DNA from: Phycisphaerae bacterium
Lineage (GTDB): Bacteria > Planctomycetota > Phycisphaerae > SM23-33
DNA length: 24,000 nucleotides
NCBI GenBank assembly: GCA_963664745.2
Contig: CAXXMC010000004.1
Coordinates: 1,816,484-1,840,483 of the forward strand
Reading direction: 5' to 3'
Part shown: piece by piece, positions 1 through 8,146 of the stretch
How positions within the stretch are numbered: position 1 is the stretch's first letter
Layout: every line of letters starts with the position of its first letter
Position numbers and translations under genes: made by a program
Notes under the pieces: model-generated
What the model was told of the DNA's origin: nothing
Seen by the model: only the letters and a program-made list of their open reading frames with translations
Database searches by the model: none

Positions 1-246
1 ATCACTGCCACTGGTGATACTCATTGAACCATCGCTGGTTTTGCCGATATAGGCATCCGTATCTTCATCCCAAGTCGCCGGATCGCTGGGGGCGACATCG
101 CCAGTTGTTGAAATTGCGGCATTGACTTTCCCAGCCAAGCAAGCCAGGCTCAGGCAGGCTATAAGGATTAGCCAGACGCAAGATGATGTACCTCTACCGT
201 AAAAACCTTTTCTTGATTTTCGGAACATGTTCAACATTCTCGACAT
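1..246 (-). CDS. Secreted protein, N-terminal fragment (continues past left edge of window)
   Basis: My own reverse-strand translation from ATG 246-244 is open to position 1: MSRMLNMFRKSRKGFYGRGTSSCVWLILIACLSLACLAGKVNAAISTTGDVAPSDPATWDEDTDAYIGKTSDGSMSITSGSD. It has a basic n-region, a hydrophobic core and a VNA/A cleavage-like site. AAGGAAG lies 7 nt upstream of the ATG. It is absent from the supplied ORF track because it is truncated. Confidence 0.5.
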   Translation of the reverse strand, partial: MSRMLNMFRKSRKGFYGRGTSSCVWLILIACLSLACLAGKVNAAISTTGDVAPSDPATWDEDTDAYIGKTSDGSMSITSGSD

Positions 247-489
247 GACAGAACTTCCTTTCCCTGTAATGGTGATTGAATAGACAAGGAACATCCCCAT
301 CAACCCGAATTCACCCGTGTTTTAAGTGATAAACCCTGAGAAACCCAAAAGAACAAAATCGCGGATCAGGCCAATGCTGCCCCAGCTGCGATAATGTAGT
401 GAAGAAGATAAACAAGAAAGAAATTAAAGTCAAATACTTTTTTGATATAAGTCTTTTTATGGAAATGATTAAGGTGATATACTCAAGGC

Positions 490-511
490 AAAACCCTGCC
501 CCTTGTCAGGG
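490..511 (-). terminator. Weak candidate intrinsic terminator downstream of ftsQ
   Basis: The minus strand reads CCCTG-acaagggg-CAGGG followed by TTTTG. The stem is 494-498/507-511 and the A-run on the + strand is 490-493, about 74 nt after the ftsQ stop. The stem is short (5 bp) and the U-tract is only 4 nt. Confidence 0.25.
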
Positions 512-584
512 ATGGTCAAATTGAATTTGTAGAGGTTTCCCCTACCGCTTTTGACGATTTGTGCTTTTTTGTCTGTGAATTGGC

Positions 585-1607
585 TCAGTTTACGCTTATG
601 CGTAATTCGTCGTATCGAACGTCAATATAGGCGTTCATCCCAGCCAATTTACCGTTGTGCTCGGAAACGTAGTCGTCGAGATACTTGATTTTACGATCCG
701 GGGAAATCACCCAGTCCCCGCCGTCCTCGAACGGGAATCTGCCGAAGCGGATATCCGTGGCCCGGCCTTGGCCCTGCTGGGCGTATAACCGAAGCTCCGG
801 CTCGCTTTCGGAAATGCGTCGCCCGTGATTTCGGACGTCCACAACAGTTATCTGGTTGGCCCAGTGGCGGTCGCTGATAAGTTCGACCAGCCTGAGTCCG
901 TGCGCCAGATCTTCAGCCTGCCAAGCCTGGCCTACCGCTGCGGGAGGGGTCGTTACGCCCTGAATGGTAACGTAATGAATACGCATCGGCCTGGCTGTGA
1001 GCGGGACGGCGTCTTCGCTGGTATAGTACCGAAAATTCTCCCCGACTTTCGCAGCCCATCTGGGTACGCTGTCGAACGGCAGGACAACGCCGTGACTGTC
1101 CACGAAATAAACCCGATTATCGACCTGCACCTTCGCGACGGGTTGGCGATAAGTGGCGGTTACCATGACCACACCTTCTTTGCGGTCGGCTTTACGGATG
1201 CGGCTGACTTGCTGAATTTCAGATATCCAGGGATTAACCTCAGCCAATTCATGGACTTCCCGGCAAAGTGAGTCGTCGGTAAAGTTGGCTTGCGGCGTGA
1301 GGCTTGCATGAAGTTCCCGAACAAGCGCGTGAGACATCCAGCCTGGTATCTCCGCCAGTTCCACCCGGTAAGCAACAGGCCCAGCTGATTCCTGGCGGTT
1401 TGCAACGGAACGCTCCATCGCCCAAAGAATCGCAGCGCCCAAGGCCAGGCAGCCCATAATCAGCAGCAGGCGGGTTCGTACGCCGGCAGAGGCAAGGTGG
1501 TTGGCAATCTGTAATTCGCCCAGCCAGGTTCGCAGTCGGCCCGGCATGGAGGCAGCTGGTTTAGGTTGCGTTTTTTTCCTGGAACTTTTGTTCTGTTTCT
1601 TGCTCAT
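585..1607 (-). CDS. ftsQ: Cell division protein FtsQ/DivIB-like (POTRA domain)
   Basis: 340-aa ORF 12 bp after ddl, with an ATG start preceded by GGGAAAG. It has a basic N-terminus, one TM helix (LLLIMGCLALGAAILWAM) and an FtsQ-type POTRA stretch (NPWISEIQQVSRI..VTATYRQPVAKVQVDNRVYFVDSHGVVLP). It sits in the canonical position after ddl. Confidence 0.75.
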   Translation of the reverse strand: MSKKQNKSSRKKTQPKPAASMPGRLRTWLGELQIANHLASAGVRTRLLLIMGCLALGAAILWAMERSVANRQESAGPVAYRVELAEIPGWMSHALVRELHASLTPQANFTDDSLCREVHELAEVNPWISEIQQVSRIRKADRKEGVVMVTATYRQPVAKVQVDNRVYFVDSHGVVLPFDSVPRWAAKVGENFRYYTSEDAVPLTARPMRIHYVTIQGVTTPPAAVGQAWQAEDLAHGLRLVELISDRHWANQITVVDVRNHGRRISESEPELRLYAQQGQGRATDIRFGRFPFEDGGDWVISPDRKIKYLDDYVSEHNGKLAGMNAYIDVRYDELRISVN

Positions 1608-1619
1608 TAACTTTCCCGT

Positions 1620-2576
1620 CTAATCCTGATTGCAAAGGCATGCTTCCTTACAGGCAGCCATTCTTACAATTCTGTCAACCAGTTCTGGAAATTCTATTCC
1701 CGCTTTTTTCGCAGCCATGGGCACCAGCGAATGGGACGTAAAACCCGGAATAGTATTTATTTCTAAAACCTGGGGAATTCCCTGGTTATCAAGTATGAAA
1801 TCGACGCGCGAAAGAGCACGACAGCCTATGGCTTTATGTGCCAGCAAGGCGTCGGTTTGCATCCGTTTGAGAATTTTGCCGTCCAGGCCGTGATCGAAGA
1901 TGTATTGCGTGCCGGCGTTGTCGGCATATTTGGCTTGGTAGTCGTAAAAGGGATCAGCCGGGATGATCTCAATCACCGGCAGCGTCTGATTGCCCAGAAT
2001 GCCGACCGTGAACTCCCTGCCTGGTATATACTGTTCGACCATGGCACGATCATAATAGTCCAGCAACTCTTCAAGGGCGTCATCACGGGATTTTGCGTCA
2101 CCACATATGTAGACGTCCAGGCTGGATCCGCCGTCAACTGGCTTTACGACGACGGGCGGAGTTATTTCCCTCAGCCAGATTTCAACGTCATTGGACGTGT
2201 GAAAGTTTTCTATAATCATCCAGTCCGGCGTGTTGATGTCCGCCCGTCTGAAAACCTGTTTGCTCGCAGCTTTGTCCATACCCAGCCTGCTGGCCTTTGG
2301 GCCGGAACCGGTGTAGGACAGGCCTCGCTTTCTGCAAAGTTCCTGCACCTCGCCGGACTCGCCGAATTCGCCGTGCAATGCGATGAAAACTACGTCAATT
2401 CCCTTACGATCCAAGGCGGATGTGTCTTCCGGGGTGATATCCGCGCGAGTTACGCGATGTCCCATTTCTTCCAGGCCTTTTGCGACGGCCTGGCCGCTCA
2501 ACAGCGAAACTTCCCGCTCTTTGCTTGGCCCGCCCATCAGAACGGTAATGTCATATGTCGGTTGTAAATCTTCCAT
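1620..2576 (-). CDS. ddl: D-alanine--D-alanine ligase
   Basis: ATP-grasp Ddl motifs are present: HGEFGESGEVQELC, YIPGREFTVGIL and RVDFILD..VLEINTIPG. The longest ORF starts at GTG 2588. However, GTGAGGAAAATCATG puts an AGGA Shine-Dalgarno 5 nt before ATG 2576, which I prefer as the start. Confidence 0.93.
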   Translation of the reverse strand: MEDLQPTYDITVLMGGPSKEREVSLLSGQAVAKGLEEMGHRVTRADITPEDTSALDRKGIDVVFIALHGEFGESGEVQELCRKRGLSYTGSGPKASRLGMDKAASKQVFRRADINTPDWMIIENFHTSNDVEIWLREITPPVVVKPVDGGSSLDVYICGDAKSRDDALEELLDYYDRAMVEQYIPGREFTVGILGNQTLPVIEIIPADPFYDYQAKYADNAGTQYIFDHGLDGKILKRMQTDALLAHKAIGCRALSRVDFILDNQGIPQVLEINTIPGFTSHSLVPMAAKKAGIEFPELVDRIVRMAACKEACLCNQD

Positions 2577-2648
2577 GATTTTCCTCACGCTTCCTGCGTA
2601 TCTAAAATGCCAACAATGGAACGCGAATTTCTAAAATTAAAAACGCCT

Positions 2649-2802
2649 GGCCACGGAGATACAGAGGACACAGAGTTTTTTATTGCGTTGGAACTGAATA
2701 ACTTCTTCGATCCTTCTCAGCAATCCTTTCACTTCAAAATTCCTTGTTCGATATTCGTCATTCTCTTTTTTTCTACTGACAACTGAATCCTGACTACTGA
2801 CA
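2649..2802 (+). repeat. Composite intergenic repeat (ddl-murB spacer): 'ggccacggag..cacagag' module, 'tttcacttcaaaatt..ttcgtcattc' module, T-run and a 4 x 7-bp array (NNNCTGA)
   Basis: 2649-2693 ggccacggagatacagaggacacagagttttttattgcgttggaa resembles 6751-6786 and 8089-8134. 2727-2763 tttcacttcaaaattccttgttcgatattcgtcattc matches 6817-6861, and matches 5252-5288 in inverted orientation. The heptads at 2773-2800 are ctactga/caactga/atcctga/ctactga. Confidence 0.8.
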
Positions 2803-2810
2803 GCTTCATC

Positions 2811-3689
2811 TCACCATACCTCGATTTCCTTTTCGAGGTTCACGCCGAATTCCTTAGCTACCGCGTCGCGGATCATATCGATAAGTCTCAGCACATCGAA
2901 GGCGGTCGTATCCTTGTCAGCGAGGATAAAATTCGCGTGTTTTTCGGAGACATATGCTCCGCCGACGCGTTTGCCTTTCATCCCGGCCTTGTCTATCAGG
3001 GCCCCTGCACTCATGCCTCGCGGGTTCTTGAAAATACAGCCTGCGTTTCTAATGCCTAGAGGCTGAGTGTTTTTCTTGTAAATCCATATCTGTTTCACCT
3101 GCCTGAGAATGCGATGCGGATCGTCTTCGGTAAGGAAGAATCTGGCTTCGAGGATAAATTTTGCGGTGATGTTTGTGCTGCGATACGCGAAGGCCAGGTC
3201 TGCCCGGTGTCGCTTGAAGACTTCGCCGTCCTCGTTCATCACGGTCACGAATTCCACCGAGCTGCCGATATCGCCAAAAGCTCCGCCCGCGTTCATTCGC
3301 ACGCATCCGCCGACGCTTCCCGGTATGCCTGTCAGGCCCTCCAGGCCGCTTCTTCCCTTGCCCACGCAACTGAGCACAACGCTGCCCATTTCCACGCCGG
3401 CTCCGACAGTCACGCCTGTCTCGTCGAAGTTCGATTGCATGAACCCGTCGCCCTTTAGCCGGATGACGGCACCTTTTACGCCGGAGTCTGCTATCAGGAG
3501 GTTTGCGCCGCTGCCCAGAACGTAAATTGGAATCTGGTTTTCCCGACAACGCCTGACTACCTCAGCCAGTTCGTCCTGCGTTTGCGGTTCGATGAAGTAA
3601 CGGGCAGGGCCTCCGATCCGAAACCATGTGTGATCCGCCAGCGGTTCATTCTCTTTAATTATTTTTTCCAAGCCTTCGAATAGTTTCAT
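2811..3689 (-). CDS. murB: UDP-N-acetylenolpyruvoylglucosamine reductase
   Basis: 292 aa with FAD-binding MurB motifs FRIGGPARYF and VLGSGANLL, plus C-terminal GCIFKNP and SEKHANF. ATG 3689 is preceded by GGAAG. It overlaps the murC 3' end by 35 nt. Confidence 0.93.
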   Translation of the reverse strand: MKLFEGLEKIIKENEPLADHTWFRIGGPARYFIEPQTQDELAEVVRRCRENQIPIYVLGSGANLLIADSGVKGAVIRLKGDGFMQSNFDETGVTVGAGVEMGSVVLSCVGKGRSGLEGLTGIPGSVGGCVRMNAGGAFGDIGSSVEFVTVMNEDGEVFKRHRADLAFAYRSTNITAKFILEARFFLTEDDPHRILRQVKQIWIYKKNTQPLGIRNAGCIFKNPRGMSAGALIDKAGMKGKRVGGAYVSEKHANFILADKDTTAFDVLRLIDMIRDAVAKEFGVNLEKEIEVW

Positions 3690-5079
3690 CTGCGACTTCC
3701 CAAACGTTTCCAGCGCCCATTGTTACTATCAGATCACCCTGGCCCGCCTGGGCCAAAAGGTGCTGAACGATATCTTCAAAAGTTTCCAGATATATAGCGA
3801 CACCGCCTCGCAGACGGATCTGTGCGACAAGATCCTGCGAAGAGATGTGATCCTTTTCTTTTTCGCTGTCACGTACGAAATAAATTTCCGGCACGATAAC
3901 TTCTTCCGCCAACGCGAAGCTCTGGGCGAAATCCTTCAGCAGGAACCTTGTCCTGCTGTGCTGATGAGGCTGGAAAACGCATAGTATACGCCTCGGTTCG
4001 TAATGATTCTTTATAGCCCGCAACGTAGCCTGGATTTCCGTGGGGTGATGAGCGAAATCGTCCACCACCTTTATCCCGGCTGCTTCGCCTTTGAATGTCA
4101 TGCGTCGCTTCGTGCCTGCGAAAGTTTCCAGATGACGCGTAATGTACTCAGCCGGCAGCCCGGCGTGATGCAACAATGCAACCGCTGCCAATGTATTATA
4201 CGCATTGTGCAGGCCCGGAAGCGGAACCCAGAGATCGCCAAAAGCTTTGCCGTTCTTGCATATTTCCAGCTGGATTCTTCCGCGGTCGGTATTGAGGATC
4301 AATCCTCTCCAATGACAGCCCGAGGCCAGCCCGAAAGTCTCCACCTCACAGGTGACATCCTCGAGAGCTTCGAGCACGTTCCGATCTTCGCCGTTTGCGA
4401 TTACGACTCCGCCCTGGGCCAGGCCTGACGCGAAAGCCCGGAAAGCTTCGATTATGGCGTTGAGGTCACGGAAGCAGTCCAGGTGGTCTTCCTCGATGTT
4501 CAGGATGGCTGCGTAATGCGGATGTAGGTTCAAGAAGCTGCGGTCGAATTCGCACGCCTCAGCTACGAAGTGTTTGCCGTTGCCCGCACCGCTTGGCCCG
4601 CCGAGTTGTTCTACGGTAGCGCCGACAATGAAGCTGGGGTCAGCTTTGGCTTTGTGCAGAACGTATGCGACCATGGCTGTGGTGGTGCTCTTGCCGTGCG
4701 TGCCGGAAATGGCCAGGCCTATCTTTTCGTCCATCAGTCGGCCCAGCATCTGGGAATATTTAAGCACTTCGACTCCGCGCTGCTTCGCTTCGAGTAGCTC
4801 GGGGTTCTGTTCGTTAATCGCAGCTGAGTATACGACGGTATCGCAAGGGTCAGGGATATTCTCACCACGCTGGCCTATCGAGATTCTTACCCCGCGCTCA
4901 GCGAGTCTGTCGGTAGCTCCGCCGACGGCGGCGTCCGACCCGCTGACGACAGCGCCGCGATCCAGCAGCATCGTCGCAAGCGCGCGCATGCCGGACCCTC
5001 CGATGCCGATAAGATGGATCGGCCGCCCCAGGTATCGCGACAGCTGGGCTGATTTTTTATTTTCACGCTCTGTTTTCAT
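3655..5079 (-). CDS. murC: UDP-N-acetylmuramate--L-alanine ligase
   Basis: It carries the MurC N-terminal GIGGSGMRALA motif and the P-loop ISGTHGKSTTTAM, plus Mur ligase middle and C-terminal domains. The longest ORF begins at TTG 5142. ATG 5079 (MKTERENKK..) is preceded by GAAGG and is the more plausible start. Confidence 0.92.
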   Translation of the reverse strand: MKTERENKKSAQLSRYLGRPIHLIGIGGSGMRALATMLLDRGAVVSGSDAAVGGATDRLAERGVRISIGQRGENIPDPCDTVVYSAAINEQNPELLEAKQRGVEVLKYSQMLGRLMDEKIGLAISGTHGKSTTTAMVAYVLHKAKADPSFIVGATVEQLGGPSGAGNGKHFVAEACEFDRSFLNLHPHYAAILNIEEDHLDCFRDLNAIIEAFRAFASGLAQGGVVIANGEDRNVLEALEDVTCEVETFGLASGCHWRGLILNTDRGRIQLEICKNGKAFGDLWVPLPGLHNAYNTLAAVALLHHAGLPAEYITRHLETFAGTKRRMTFKGEAAGIKVVDDFAHHPTEIQATLRAIKNHYEPRRILCVFQPHQHSRTRFLLKDFAQSFALAEEVIVPEIYFVRDSEKEKDHISSQDLVAQIRLRGGVAIYLETFEDIVQHLLAQAGQGDLIVTMGAGNVWEVADETIRRLGKNN

Positions 5080-5216
5080 ACTGCCTTCGTATTGTACGCT
5101 TATAACTGTATTTTCGCAAAGAACCGTCCGGATTTGGCGCAATAATCATGCGCAAAACCGGACCGTCCTATAACCTATATCGCCCAGATAAGGCTGAGGG
5201 CTTTAATCATGGAAAG

Positions 5217-5336
5217 TTCAGGATTCAGGAGTCAGGAGTCAGGAGAACAAAGAATATCGAACAAGGAATTTTGAATTTTGAAGTGAAAAAAAAGAACATT
5301 CGTGAAATCCGTTTTTAATCCGTGTAATTCGTGTTC
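5217..5336 (-). repeat. Composite intergenic repeat (murC-murG spacer), inverted relative to the copies at 2727-2802 and 6817-6920
   Basis: 5217-5244 holds 4 heptads: ttcagga/ttcagga/gtcagga/gtcagga. 5252-5288 gaatatcgaacaaggaattttgaattttgaagtgaaaa is the reverse complement of the cacttcaaaatt..ttcgatattc module. 5317-5336 aatccgtgtaattcgtgttc is the reverse complement (19/20) of 6542-6561. Confidence 0.8.
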
Positions 5337-5376
5337 TGTCATTTGAAAATTGACAATTGGAATTTGGAAATCGAAC

Positions 5377-6492
5377 TCATCTCCCCGACGCCAGCCAGGT
5401 TGCGATATCTTTTGCGACGTGAGGCCTGGCTGAGGCCTGGGCTCGGGACTGCATCTCCTCAAGAATATCGCTGTTGTTGAGAATGGGGAAAAGCTCTGTC
5501 CGCAGGGCTTTTGCGTTTTCGGCTGGGTTGCAGAGGTCTTCAACGATCTTGGCTGCACCGGCCTGGACAAGCTCAGCTGGGTTAAGGTACTGCTGACGAT
5601 CCTGATGATGCGGATACGGCAGAATCACAGCTGGCGTTCCGGTGGCGGTGAGTTCGGCGATGGTGCCTGCTCCCCCTCGGCACACAGCCAGGTCTGCCAG
5701 AGCGTATGCCAAATCCATCCGCTGACAATATTCCAGCCCGGCTACGTTATTTTTCCGGTTCTCATAGGCCCTGCGAACCTCATCAAGCCGCCCAGCTCCG
5801 ACCACCAGAAGCAGCTGCCACTGCTCGGCGATACGGTCAAAATCATCCGCCAGAGTGATAAATGCATCTGTTATGGATTCAGCGAGTTTACTGCCGCCAA
5901 ATACCAGCAATGTCTTACGATCTTCCCGAAGGTTTGGGAAATATTCCAACGCCTCGGCTCGCGTGCCGTCAAGCAGGCCGGGCCTGACCGGACAGCCCAC
6001 CGTACTTATGCGGGATCGCAGTTCGGGTACGAAACAATCGGCAGTTGAGGAAAATTGCGTGAAGATTACGTCGACGCGCTTGGCAAGGAAGCGATTGGCC
6101 TTGCCTGGCACGCTGTCTGGATTCAGCATGGCGGTGGGTATGGATTTCTTGGCAGCAGCCTGTACCAAAGGCCCTGCTGCGAAACCGCCAAGCCCAAGCA
6201 CCGCGTGAGGTTCAAGATCCTTCAGCATGGTCTTGGCCAGGGAATTTGCATCACGCCAGGCTCGCAAAAACGACATGAATTTCAGAGGCGTTTTAGGCAG
6301 CGGCAAGACAGGCTGAGGGACAATCGGGTAGTTCAAAGAACCAAGGATTTGTCGATCAATCGACCGGTTGCTGCAGGCGAAAACGATCGTCGCACGAGTA
6401 TCGACACGTAATAGCTCCTCAGCTACCGCCAGGCCCGGATAAAGGTGTCCGCCAGTACCGCCGCCAGCAAAAATGTATGTGTTTCGACTCAA
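5377..6492 (-). CDS. murG: Undecaprenyldiphospho-muramoylpentapeptide beta-N-acetylglucosaminyltransferase
   Basis: 371 aa with the N-terminal FAGGGTGGHLYPGLAVAEEL motif and GGAGTIAEL in the C-terminal domain. The only start upstream of the G-loop is TTG 6492, because an in-frame TAG lies 15 nt further up. That TTG is preceded by AGGAA. Confidence 0.92.
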   Translation of the reverse strand: MSRNTYIFAGGGTGGHLYPGLAVAEELLRVDTRATIVFACSNRSIDRQILGSLNYPIVPQPVLPLPKTPLKFMSFLRAWRDANSLAKTMLKDLEPHAVLGLGGFAAGPLVQAAAKKSIPTAMLNPDSVPGKANRFLAKRVDVIFTQFSSTADCFVPELRSRISTVGCPVRPGLLDGTRAEALEYFPNLREDRKTLLVFGGSKLAESITDAFITLADDFDRIAEQWQLLLVVGAGRLDEVRRAYENRKNNVAGLEYCQRMDLAYALADLAVCRGGAGTIAELTATGTPAVILPYPHHQDRQQYLNPAELVQAGAAKIVEDLCNPAENAKALRTELFPILNNSDILEEMQSRAQASARPHVAKDIATWLASGR

Positions 6493-6558
6493 ATATCTTA
6501 TTTCCTATTGTCGATTGCCTGATTCCAAGTTCCAAACACACGAACACGAATTGCACGG

Positions 6559-6721
6559 ATTAGAGCATATCAAACTTAAAAATTCCATTTTTTCCGGCTT
6601 GCTTTGCCCGTGGCTGCTTCAGAAACGTTACGGAATATCTACAAATATGCCTTACGTTTCTTCCTTGCCACGAACAAACCCGCTACGCAAAAAAAGGAAC
6701 TCTCAACTTTTCAATGCTCTA
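6559..6721. repeat. 163-bp imperfect-palindromic (MITE-like / structured-RNA-like) element, copy A (murG-ftsW spacer)
   Basis: It aligns without gaps to 8147-8309 with 153/163 identities (my base-by-base count). The termini TAGAGCAT..ATGCTCTA are perfect 8-bp inverted repeats. The arms fold as 6601-6614 with 6667-6681 and an apical hairpin at 6622-6660. The minus strand has stop codons in all three frames within the first 20 nt. Confidence 0.85.
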
Positions 6722-6750
6722 AAAACTTATTTCACAGATAAAACAATATG

Positions 6751-6920
6751 GGCCACAGAGGAGGCAGAGATTTTATTGTGTTGAAATAAAAATCTCTTTC
6801 AGCCTAATCTTTAATCTTTTCACTTCAAAATTCAAAATTACTTGTTTGATGTTCGTCATTCGTTTTTTTGTTCTAACTACTAACTACTGACTCCTGAATC
6901 CTGACTCCTGACTCCTGACT
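6751..6920 (+). repeat. Composite intergenic repeat (murG-ftsW spacer): 'ggccacagag' module, 'ttttcacttcaaaattcaaaatt..ttcgtcattc' module, T-run and a 7 x 7-bp array
   Basis: 6751-6786 reads ggccacagaggaggcagagattttattgtgttgaaa. 6817-6861 matches 2727-2763 with one extra caaaatt unit. The heptads at 6872-6920 are tctaact/actaact/actgact/cctgaat/cctgact/cctgact/cctgact. The array overlaps the last 15 codons and the stop codon of ftsW. Confidence 0.85.
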
Positions 6921-8069
6921 ATTGTATTGTCTTGCTGTGACGGAGACAATCAGCGACGCCGCACCAGCCATGATTACCAGCCCGGTTCCGCCAGCCGAGA
7001 TAAAAGGCATGCTTATGCCGGTCGGCGGCAGAAGTACCATATTGACGGCAATGTGCATCATAGCCTGGATTATTATAAGCGCACCGAGTCCGCCTACAAG
7101 TACCCGCCCGAATGGGTCGACGGCTTTCGAGGACGCCTTGCGGCAGAACATCAGCCAGATCATCAGCAGGCCCAGCAGCAGAACCGCGCCGCGAAACCCC
7201 CACTCCTCGCAGAAACTCGCAAAAATAAAGTCAGTACTGTCTTCCGGCAGAAAGCCCTGTTTGCGTACGCCGTTGCCAAGCCCAAGTCCTTTCCAGCCTC
7301 CCGAGAGTATTGCAAGCAGTGACTGCTTGGCTTGGTATGCGGCGTCGTTGGTTTGGCTCCACGGATCGATCATCGCGATGATTCGGCGGAGTCGGTATGG
7401 GGTTTCCAGAATGAAATAAAACCCCGCCAGTGCAGCAGGGGGGATGATCGCAGCCAGGTAATACCAAGGCACCCCAGCCAGGAACATAACCACCATCGCG
7501 CTTATGCCTATAAGCACAGCTGTGCCGAAATCCTGTGTGACTACCAGCATGGCACACGCGCCTGTTATGAGCAATGCCAGGAGAAACGTCGGAATGCTTT
7601 TAGGATTCACCTTGGGCCTGGTCAGCCAGGCTGCCAGGAAAACGACGAGCGCTATCTTGATGAATTCGGAAGGTTGCAGGCCTATTGAGTATTGCCTCGG
7701 CCCGACGCGGATCCAGCGGAACTTCCCGCCTGCAGCATGGCCTATGCCAGGAACGAAAACCAAAAAGCCCAATCCGACAGCGATAATCAATAATGTAAGG
7801 GCAGGCCAGGGCACCTTAGCTCCCGATGCAAGCCAACGGTAATCCATTCGCCAGGCCAGGAACAGAACCACCGCCGCCAAGGCTGCGAACATGGTGTGAC
7901 GCATATCGACTCGCGCGTACCAGTTGCCTTGCTCTGCCACGGTCGCAACGGCGCTGTTGACTACCACCACGCCAAGGGCCAACAGCCCAAGGGCAGTGAG
8001 AATCAGCGACTGGCCCAGGATGTTCTGGCCCAGCTTGAGCGTTTCTATTTCGACCGGCTTCCCTGCCAT
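6873..8069 (-). CDS. ftsW: Peptidoglycan glycosyltransferase FtsW (SEDS family)
   Basis: 398 aa and polytopic, with SEDS motifs PSEFIKIALVVFLA, SLLAILSGGWKGLGLGNG, LPEDSTDFIFASFCEEWG and MPFISAGGTG. ATG 8069 is preceded by AAGGA. The C-terminal 15 residues (QESGVRIQESVVSS) are encoded by the heptad array. Confidence 0.9.
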   Translation of the reverse strand: MAGKPVEIETLKLGQNILGQSLILTALGLLALGVVVVNSAVATVAEQGNWYARVDMRHTMFAALAAVVLFLAWRMDYRWLASGAKVPWPALTLLIIAVGLGFLVFVPGIGHAAGGKFRWIRVGPRQYSIGLQPSEFIKIALVVFLAAWLTRPKVNPKSIPTFLLALLITGACAMLVVTQDFGTAVLIGISAMVVMFLAGVPWYYLAAIIPPAALAGFYFILETPYRLRRIIAMIDPWSQTNDAAYQAKQSLLAILSGGWKGLGLGNGVRKQGFLPEDSTDFIFASFCEEWGFRGAVLLLGLLMIWLMFCRKASSKAVDPFGRVLVGGLGALIIIQAMMHIAVNMVLLPPTGISMPFISAGGTGLVIMAGAASLIVSVTARQYNSQESGVRIQESVVSS

Positions 8070-8088
8070 CGTTCATAATCCTTTTATT

Positions 8089-8134
8089 GGTCCACAGATT
8101 ACACAGATTTCACAGATTGTTTTTCATGTGCAAA
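8089..8134 (+). repeat. 'ccacagatt' 9-bp x3 array module (ftsW-mraY spacer)
   Basis: It reads ggtccacagatt-acacagatt-tcacagatt-gtttttcatgtgcaaa. This is related to 2649-2693 and 6751-6786, sharing ggNccacNgag..cagag/t..tttt..attg..g..aa. It lies directly upstream of the ftsW ribosome-binding site. Confidence 0.7.
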
Positions 8135-8146
8135 CAAATTCGTGTA

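Noticed and set aside
5217-6920. The heptad arrays could be CsrB/RsmZ-like CsrA-titrating RNA, given four CAGGA motifs per array.
   Set aside because: The GGA motifs fall on opposite strands in different copies (operon-sense at 6872-6920, antisense at 5217-5244). The 7-nt spacing is tighter than known CsrA sponge sites. One array overlaps the ftsW coding end. This is kept only as a remote hypothesis.
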